This document shows, piece by piece, positions 52,936 through 57,443 of a DNA stretch of 57,443 nucleotides (positions are counted from its first letter, which is position 1; each line of letters begins with the position of its first letter). Under the pieces are notes generated by a model. The model made no database searches, was not told the DNA's origin, and saw only the letters and a program-made list of their open reading frames with translations. The translations under genes were made by a program, and so were the position numbers. The DNA comes from an uncultured Candidatus Saccharibacteria bacterium. GTDB lineage: Bacteria > Patescibacteriota > Minisyncoccia > Minisyncoccales > GWA2-38-27. Location of the stretch: the NCBI GenBank assembly GCA_964557155.1, contig CAZKZC010000001.1, positions 1 through 57,443 of the forward strand, written 5' to 3'.

Positions 52936-53964
52936 TTATTTTTTTTCTTGGAGAGTGACTTTGAGATTGAGTTGTTTTTTATCTCTCAGAACCTTTAATT
53001 CAATTTTTTCATCTATTTCGCATTTTTGCAAAATAGCCGATAGAGGATTATTGGTAGTTACCTTTTCTCCTTTGGCTTCTAAAACTATATCAAACTCTTT
53101 TAGGCCGGCTTTGTTAGCAGAAGAACCTTTGATTACTGCTGATTCTCCCAATCTTTCTCTGACTATCAATGCTCCATAATCTACAGAAAGCTTATTCTTT
53201 ACAGCTATTTCTTTTGTTAGGATAACATATTTAATTCCCAAGAAAGGTTGCTTTATTTTCCCATACTTTTTAACTTCTTCTAAATCCTCTAAAGCATAAT
53301 TGATTGGGATGGCAAAGCCAATATTTTGAGCCCCCATTACCATGGCGGTGTTAATGCCGATAACTTTTCCTTCCCTATTTACTAATGGCCCTCCAGAATT
53401 CCCTGGATTAATGGCGGCATCTGTTTGGATAAGACCTCTTAGGCGTTCTGATTGTTGAGTAACATGATTGGTTGCTTGAATGTGTCTTGATAGGCCAGAA
53501 ACAATTCCAGAACTTACTGTATCATGAAATTCTCCCAAAGCATTCCCGATAGCAACTACTTCTTGACCTAATTGAACATGGTTTAAGCTGTCTAGTTCTA
53601 AGTAGGGGAATTTTTTACCTTCTATTTTTAAGATAGCAATATCATTAAGAGGGTCCCTAGCTAAGACCTTGGCCGGGTATTTTTTTGTTGGTTCTACAAT
53701 GACAGTATATTGGGCTTCGGTGTCAGCGACAACATGTTGGGATGTTATTAAATATCCATCAGGAGAAACAATGAATCCTGATCCGCCACCTATCTTTGTT
53801 AATTCTTTTTTTCCTTGTTTGAATTTAGGCATAACAACGCCTTGTTCTCCATAGGGCATTAAATAAAAACCTTCTATTTTGGGAAGATCTTTTGAAATGA
53901 CAATAGTTATTACTGCTGGACAAACCTTTTTGGCAATATCAATGATTGATAAATCTTTTTTCAT
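52936..53964 (-). CDS. HtrA/DegP-family serine protease with one PDZ domain
   Basis: Catalytic TSQHVV (His), DIAILK (Asp), GNSGGPLVN (Ser) and a C-terminal PDZ-like region; 342 aa. Confidence 0.9.
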   Translation of the reverse strand: MKKDLSIIDIAKKVCPAVITIVISKDLPKIEGFYLMPYGEQGVVMPKFKQGKKELTKIGGGSGFIVSPDGYLITSQHVVADTEAQYTVIVEPTKKYPAKVLARDPLNDIAILKIEGKKFPYLELDSLNHVQLGQEVVAIGNALGEFHDTVSSGIVSGLSRHIQATNHVTQQSERLRGLIQTDAAINPGNSGGPLVNREGKVIGINTAMVMGAQNIGFAIPINYALEDLEEVKKYGKIKQPFLGIKYVILTKEIAVKNKLSVDYGALIVRERLGESAVIKGSSANKAGLKEFDIVLEAKGEKVTTNNPLSAILQKCEIDEKIELKVLRDKKQLNLKVTLQEKK

Positions 53965-54064
53965 GTGTCTTTTTATATAATTATTTGTTATACTTTATTA
54001 TATTATAGCAGTTAAACTTATTGAAAACAATACTGAAATATGATATTCTTGTTTAATGCTCTAT

Positions 54065-54101
54065 ACAAAAACTTTTCAAAAAAGTTTTTGTCGAGCTCGA
54101 C
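54065..54101. repeat. Palindromic module in the tRNA-Arg(CCU) leader, inverted relative to 52573-52616
   Basis: acaaaaactttt-caa-aaaagtttttgt + gtcgagctcgac. Together with acaagaaatcc-tttt-gggatttcttgt and the outer stem ctctat/atagag it forms a four-way junction abutting the tRNA 5' end. Confidence 0.7.
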
Positions 54102-54131
54102 AAGAAATCCTTTTGGGATTTCTTGTATAGA

Positions 54132-54203
54132 GCCCCTGTAGTTCAATGGATAGAACAAGACACTCCTAACGTCTAAATGTAGGTTCGATTCCTACTGGGG
54201 GCA
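54132..54203 (+). tRNA. tRNA-Arg (CCU)
   Basis: Acceptor GCCCCTG/TGGGGGC, anticodon loop CTCCTAA, T arm GTAGG-TTCGATT-CCTAC. Confidence 0.88.
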
Positions 54204-54235
54204 CACTTGACAATGGTTGCTGATATATTAATATG

Positions 54236-54395
54236 GAGGCGAGGGGGTGCGGGATAAAATTCCTAAAGGACATTAAATCTAATAAAGGAGGTTTATGAAT
54301 ATTCTCGGCTATGTCCGAACCTGACCTTAAGGGATAAACCAAGTTCGTTAGATCATTCCTCCTCGCTTAAAGCTAAGACCTCGTTTTTACGGGGT
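54236..54395 (+). ncRNA. Candidate ~150-nt structured transcript of unknown class
   Basis: Promoter TTGACA (54207-54212), 16-nt spacer, TAATAT (54229-54234). Helices GGGAT-AAA-ATTCC, GGACAT (54268-54273)/ATGTCC (54311-54316) and ATCTAA (54277-54282)/TTAGAT (54348-54353). G-rich 5' end versus TCCTCCTCGC (54357-54366). Weak terminator cctcg-N6-cgggg plus T-rich tail. Confidence 0.3.
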
Positions 54396-54465
54396 TTTGG
54401 CTTTTCTTATGTGATGTATGTTATAATACAATAATAATTAATTAATCAAAAAGTTTAAATAACCA

Positions 54466-54561
54466 TTCTTTCAAAATAACAGCTGTTCAAATTTCTGCGG
54501 AAATTTGCCAGTTTCGTTCTCGGACTTTTGCGAAAGTCTTCCGAAATGCATTTTGAAAGAA
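54466..54561 (+). promoter_or_regulatory. Structured 5' leader (12-bp closing stem around two UGCG-capped hairpins)
   Basis: ttctttcaaaat (54466-54477) pairs with attttgaaagaa (54550-54561). Inside are aaatttc-tgcg-gaaattt and gacttt-tgcg-aaagtc. It ends 24 nt before the ATG at 54586, which has no SD. Confidence 0.45.
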
Positions 54562-54585
54562 GATTATTTTCACTTTTTTAATAAT

Positions 54586-54846
54586 ATGGTTAAAGAGAAA
54601 AAAGAAAAACAAATTGGAGAAGTAATTCATTTCTTTTCTAATATTAAAGTAGCCGTTATTAAGTTATCGGCTCCTCTTTTAGTGGGCGATACTATCCATA
54701 TTGTTGGTGGCGAAGATACTGATTTTGAACAGCCCGTTAAATCAATGCAAGTGGATCATGAAAAAATTGGAAAAGCTAAAAAGGGGAATGAAGTTGGCAT
54801 AAAGGTTAAGAAGAAAGTAAGAGAAGGCTACAAAGTATTTAAATGA
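54586..54846 (+). CDS. Small EF-Tu-domain-2-like beta-barrel protein (86 aa)
   Basis: MVKEKKEKQIGEVIHFFSNIKVAVIKLSAPLLVGDTIHIVGGEDTDFEQPVKSMQVDHEKIGKAKKGNEVGIKV resembles stand-alone translation-factor-like barrels. The listed ORF starts at a TTG at 54505, inside the leader structure. Confidence 0.6.
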   Translation: MVKEKKEKQIGEVIHFFSNIKVAVIKLSAPLLVGDTIHIVGGEDTDFEQPVKSMQVDHEKIGKAKKGNEVGIKVKKKVREGYKVFK

Positions 54847-55973
54847 AATTCTTAAAGGCACTAGCAGTTTTTTTAGGAACCATAATTGGTGTTGGTATAT
54901 TTGGTTTGCCTTTTGTGGCTGCTAAGGCCGGTTTTTTTACTGTTTTTGTGTATTTTCTGATTATGGCTGGAATTGCTATTGCTATGAATATTATTTATTC
55001 TGAAATAGTTCTTGGCACTAAAAAGCTTCATCGTTTTCCTGGTTATGTCCAAGAATATCTAGGAATAAGATGGAAAAAACTTACTTTCGTAGTTACAGCT
55101 TTTGGTCTTATTGGGGCATTGCTGGCCTATTTGATTGTTGGCGGGCAGTTTCTTTTTGCTTACTTCGGACCCTTGTTGGGTGGGGATATTATCTTATACA
55201 CGCTTTTCTTTTTTGTTCTTGGTGCCTACCTAGTTTTTAGAGGAGTAAAAAGTATTTCCAGCGTTGAACTAATTTTACTTGGCATTATTCTAGCCATCTT
55301 AGTTTTATTTTTTATAAAGGCCTTTCCATTCATTAATTTAGATAATTTTAAAACATTTGATCCGGGATACATATTTTTTCCATATGGTGTGGTTCTCTTT
55401 TCTTTATGGGGAACATCAGTTATCCCTGAAATTAAAGAAATGATTGATGGGTCAGGATTTTCTTTAAAAAAGATAATAATTGTGGGAATTATTATGTCGG
55501 TTGTTATATATCTCTTCTTTATTTATGTTGTCCAGGGAGCTTCTGCTGTAGTTTCTAATGATGCCATTTCTGGTTTAGAGAAATCCGTTGGCTCTAATAT
55601 GATAAGATTGGGCTTCTTGTTTGGAGTGATAACTTGTTTTACTTCTTTTATCACGCTTGCCTTAACGCTTAAAAAAGTTTTGTGGTATGACTTTGGTTTT
55701 AATAAAAATCTATCTTGGTTTTTAACTTGTTTTATTCCTTTGGGATTATTCTTCATGGGGTTGAGAGAGTTTATTGAAGTAATAAGCTTTACTGGAGCTA
55801 TCGCTCTAGGGATAGAAGGTACAATTTTAATCTTTTTATATAAAGAATTTTTAATAAAAAATCCGCCAGGTGGCGGATCAAAAAAGATAAACCCCCTATT
55901 TTATCTTTTGTCAGGTGTCTTTGTTTTAGGCATAATACTTGAAGTTTTTCTATTTTATGCTAAATTAATCTAA
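54843..55973 (+). CDS. Amino-acid permease (aromatic amino acid / Trp-Tyr permease-like, about 11 TM)
   Basis: GTIIGVGIFGLPFVAAKAGF start and a highly hydrophobic 376 aa. The family call is by resemblance only. Confidence 0.7.
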   Translation: MKFLKALAVFLGTIIGVGIFGLPFVAAKAGFFTVFVYFLIMAGIAIAMNIIYSEIVLGTKKLHRFPGYVQEYLGIRWKKLTFVVTAFGLIGALLAYLIVGGQFLFAYFGPLLGGDIILYTLFFFVLGAYLVFRGVKSISSVELILLGIILAILVLFFIKAFPFINLDNFKTFDPGYIFFPYGVVLFSLWGTSVIPEIKEMIDGSGFSLKKIIIVGIIMSVVIYLFFIYVVQGASAVVSNDAISGLEKSVGSNMIRLGFLFGVITCFTSFITLALTLKKVLWYDFGFNKNLSWFLTCFIPLGLFFMGLREFIEVISFTGAIALGIEGTILIFLYKEFLIKNPPGGGSKKINPLFYLLSGVFVLGIILEVFLFYAKLI

Positions 55974-56065
55974 TGAGTAAATTATTAGACACTGTAGTTA
56001 TCGTAATATTTGTTGCTTTTGTTTTTTGGTATGTAGTTAATAGCGTCATACCGTCTATCTCTTAA
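55973..56065 (+). CDS. Possible 30-aa single-helix peptide
   Basis: MSKLLDTVVIVIFVAFVFWYVVNSVIPSIS. TAATG overlap with the permease stop; it ends 1 nt before the acyP ATG. Confidence 0.35.
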   Translation: MSKLLDTVVIVIFVAFVFWYVVNSVIPSIS

Positions 56066-56066
56066 T

Positions 56067-56339
56067 ATGATTAGAGCACATCTTTTTATTTCTGGAAGAG
56101 TTCAGATGGTCTTGTTCAGAGCATCAACCCAGCGGAAAGCTAAAAAGTTCGGGGTTAAAGGATTTGTTAAAAATCTTCCAGACAAAAGAGTGGAGGTAGT
56201 TATTGAAGGAGAACAAGAGAATGTTCAGAAGCTTATAGAGTGGTGCCGAAAAGGACCAATGTTGGCCAAGATTAAAGATGTGGCAGTAACCCAAGAAAAT
56301 TACACTGGTGAATTTAATAAATTTAGTATTCTATATTAA
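56067..56339 (+). CDS. acyP: Acylphosphatase
   Basis: ISGRVQMVLFRASTQRKAKKFGVKGFVKNLPDKRVEVVIEG...WCRKGP; 90 aa. Confidence 0.88.
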   Translation: MIRAHLFISGRVQMVLFRASTQRKAKKFGVKGFVKNLPDKRVEVVIEGEQENVQKLIEWCRKGPMLAKIKDVAVTQENYTGEFNKFSILY

Positions 56340-56347
56340 ATAAAAAA

Positions 56348-56396
56348 AGTAACCGAGTCACCTTCGTTTTAAAGTGACTCGGTCACTTTTTTCTTA
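56348..56396 (+). terminator. Terminator built from the GTGAC-TCG-GTCAC palindrome family
   Basis: gtaaccgagtcac ... aaagtgactcggtcac followed by a T run. It contains the third copy (56371-56390) of AAAGTGACTCGGTCACTT plus a partial inverted copy. Confidence 0.8.
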
Positions 56397-56462
56397 TGCT
56401 ATATTAAACAAAAACAACCTGGTTTAACAGATTGTTTTTGTATTTTGCTAAAAGAATTTTTC

Positions 56463-56687
56463 TTAAAATCCTGGAGTTTCCTCTTCTGGAGTTTCAGAAA
56501 CTTCTTCCTCTGCTGGAGTTTCCTCTGCTGGAGTTTCCTCTGCTGGAGTTTCCTCTGCTGGAGTATCTTCTATTGGAGTTTCTTCTTGATTAACTGTTTC
56601 GTCAGTTGTTTCTTCTCCTCCCTCAGTAGGAGTTTCAGGAGTTTTTTCCTGAGATGTAAAAGTAGGATATAAATTATCTGTAATCAT
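56463..56687 (-). CDS. Acidic Thr/Pro/Glu repeat protein (74 aa)
   Basis: ETPAEETPAEETPAEETPAEE. Own promoter (see 56748-56775) and a bidirectional hairpin downstream (about 56412-56442). Confidence 0.55.
   Translation of the reverse strand: MITDNLYPTFTSQEKTPETPTEGGEETTDETVNQEETPIEDTPAEETPAEETPAEETPAEEEVSETPEEETPGF
56510..56569. repeat. 15-nt tandem repeat CTGCTGGAGTTTCCT, 3 perfect copies plus 1 degenerate
   Basis: In frame within ORF 56463-56687 (encodes EETPA units). Confidence 0.9.
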
Positions 56688-56747
56688 GTTTTTAACTTTA
56701 TTTTAATGTTTCTTACGACCTTTTAGCTATTTATACACTATATCTTA

Positions 56748-56775
56748 ATTATAAGGAAATATGGACTTGTGTCAA
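56748..56775 (-). promoter_or_regulatory. Minus-strand promoter TTGACA-16-TATAAT
   Basis: The reverse complements of tgtcaa (56770-56775) and attata (56748-56753) give TTGACA-16-TATAAT. It lies about 60 nt upstream of the ATG at 56687. Confidence 0.55.
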
Positions 56776-56854
56776 CCCCGTAGAGAAAATTTGTTCTACG
56801 GGGTCAACCCTTAATTGTGGAAATAATATATATATAATGTTAGAATAGAATAAG

Positions 56855-57443
56855 ATGAATAATAAAAAATTTGCAGCAGAGTCTGTGGGGAAAAGAATGA
56901 TAAAACAAGTCCCGGTGTGTCATCAAAATGACCGTGTTTTAGATGTAAAGAAAATGCTTTTTGATACTATGGATGGTCTGGAAACTATTAACTATATATA
57001 TGTCATTGATAATAAGAATAAATTGATTGGAGTTTTTTCTATAAAAGAAATTTTCAGAAAACCAGAGAAAACATTGATTAGAGAAATCATGGAGAACGAA
57101 CTTGTTAAGATAAGACCTCATGCTGACCAAGAGAAGGTTGTCATTCTTGCTCTCAGAAACAACCTTAAAGCCATCCCTGTCGTTGGCAAAGGCGATGAAT
57201 TTTTAGGAATAGTTCCTTCAGATGTTATTTTAGATATTCTTCACTTAGAAAATGTCGAGGATTTTTTGAAAATGGCTGGGATTAATAGTCCTCTCCAAAA
57301 AGTACTAAAGGGTTCGGCATGGTATTTATTCAAGGTTAGAATACCGTGGCTAGTTCTAGGTCTTTTGGGTGGTATTGTTGGGGCAACTGTTATTACATAT
57401 TTTGAGGGTCCCTTGCGAGAAAATTTTATTCTAGCTAGCTTTA
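56855..57443 (+). CDS. mgtE: Magnesium transporter MgtE, 3' end cut by window edge; starts directly with the CBS pair
   Basis: Open frame from the ATG at 56855 to the window end; it is absent from the ORF track because it has no stop. Two CBS modules (IYVIDNKNKLIGVFSIKEI; AIPVVGKGDEFLGIVPSDVILDIL), then RIPWLVLGLLGGIVGATVI. Confidence 0.85.
   Translation, partial: MNNKKFAAESVGKRMIKQVPVCHQNDRVLDVKKMLFDTMDGLETINYIYVIDNKNKLIGVFSIKEIFRKPEKTLIREIMENELVKIRPHADQEKVVILALRNNLKAIPVVGKGDEFLGIVPSDVILDILHLENVEDFLKMAGINSPLQKVLKGSAWYLFKVRIPWLVLGLLGGIVGATVITYFEGPLRENFILASF

Noticed and set aside
54295-54324. 9-codon ORF MNILGYVRT after a strong AAGGAGG
   Set aside because: The SD-to-ATG spacing is only 3 nt and the ORF is very short. 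It is kept only as a note within the candidate RNA finding.
56445-56672. 75-aa plus-strand ORF (WSFLC repeats)
   Set aside because: It is the mirror frame of the 15-nt tandem repeat. The minus-strand acidic protein has a promoter and terminator, and this frame has neither.
56688-56854. Possible Mg-sensing M-box riboswitch upstream of mgtE
   Set aside because: The spacer has the right length, but I see none of the conserved M-box sequence blocks. It holds only a 9-bp hairpin (ccccgtaga...tctacgggg) and divergent promoters.
1-57443. Alternative genetic code (UGA recoding, as in some CPR lineages)
   Set aside because: Well-recognised genes terminate at TGA at their expected lengths (for example rsmA and the NYN gene with its ATGA overlap to pnp). 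No conserved gene is interrupted by in-frame TGA.

Overview
AT-rich, gene-dense bacterial chromosome segment. It starts inside dnaA and runs through a DnaA-box cluster (oriC-type) and dnaN. I call about 60 CDS, 9 tRNAs and no rRNA or CRISPR. The standard code is in use, since TGA works as a stop (for example the ATGA stop/start overlap of the NYN gene and pnp). Housekeeping genes I recognise: dnaA, dnaN, rsmA, rpsO, pnp, cca, nusA, hppA, tig, clpP, rny, htrA-like, acyP, mgtE (3' cut), two plsC-like acyltransferases, an ABC exporter, two histidine-kinase/receiver pairs and a type IV pilus assembly cluster (pilB, pilC, three prepilin-like genes, pilM/N/O). The gene content and broken classical operons fit a small-genome CPR/Patescibacteria-like organism; this is inference only. 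The most interesting locus is a minus-strand, translationally coupled four-gene operon at 4765-13653. Two of its products fuse a TrbC/VirB2-like two-helix pilin module to a large Cys-rich ectodomain. One of these ends in LAS/M15-like peptidase motifs and the other carries crystallin-like Greek-key signatures. The operon also encodes a 928-aa Cys/Pro-motif protein and a VirB6/TrbL-like polytopic membrane protein. No secretion ATPase is nearby. A LysM/M23 hydrolase and a third, stand-alone pilin-like gene lie next door. Two housekeeping genes (rsmA, pnp) carry small insertions at their 3' ends, each flanked by a 73-86 bp duplication of the gene terminus. One insert carries a tRNA with a UAU anticodon plus an orphan transcript, and the other carries a DUF3800 gene. 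Other observations: a G+C-richer island with a hairpin-flanked hicAB, several dispersed palindromic hairpin families, apparently leaderless promoters, and several candidate small RNAs, leaders and small ORFs. All functional calls come from reading the translations and motifs by eye. No database search was run.
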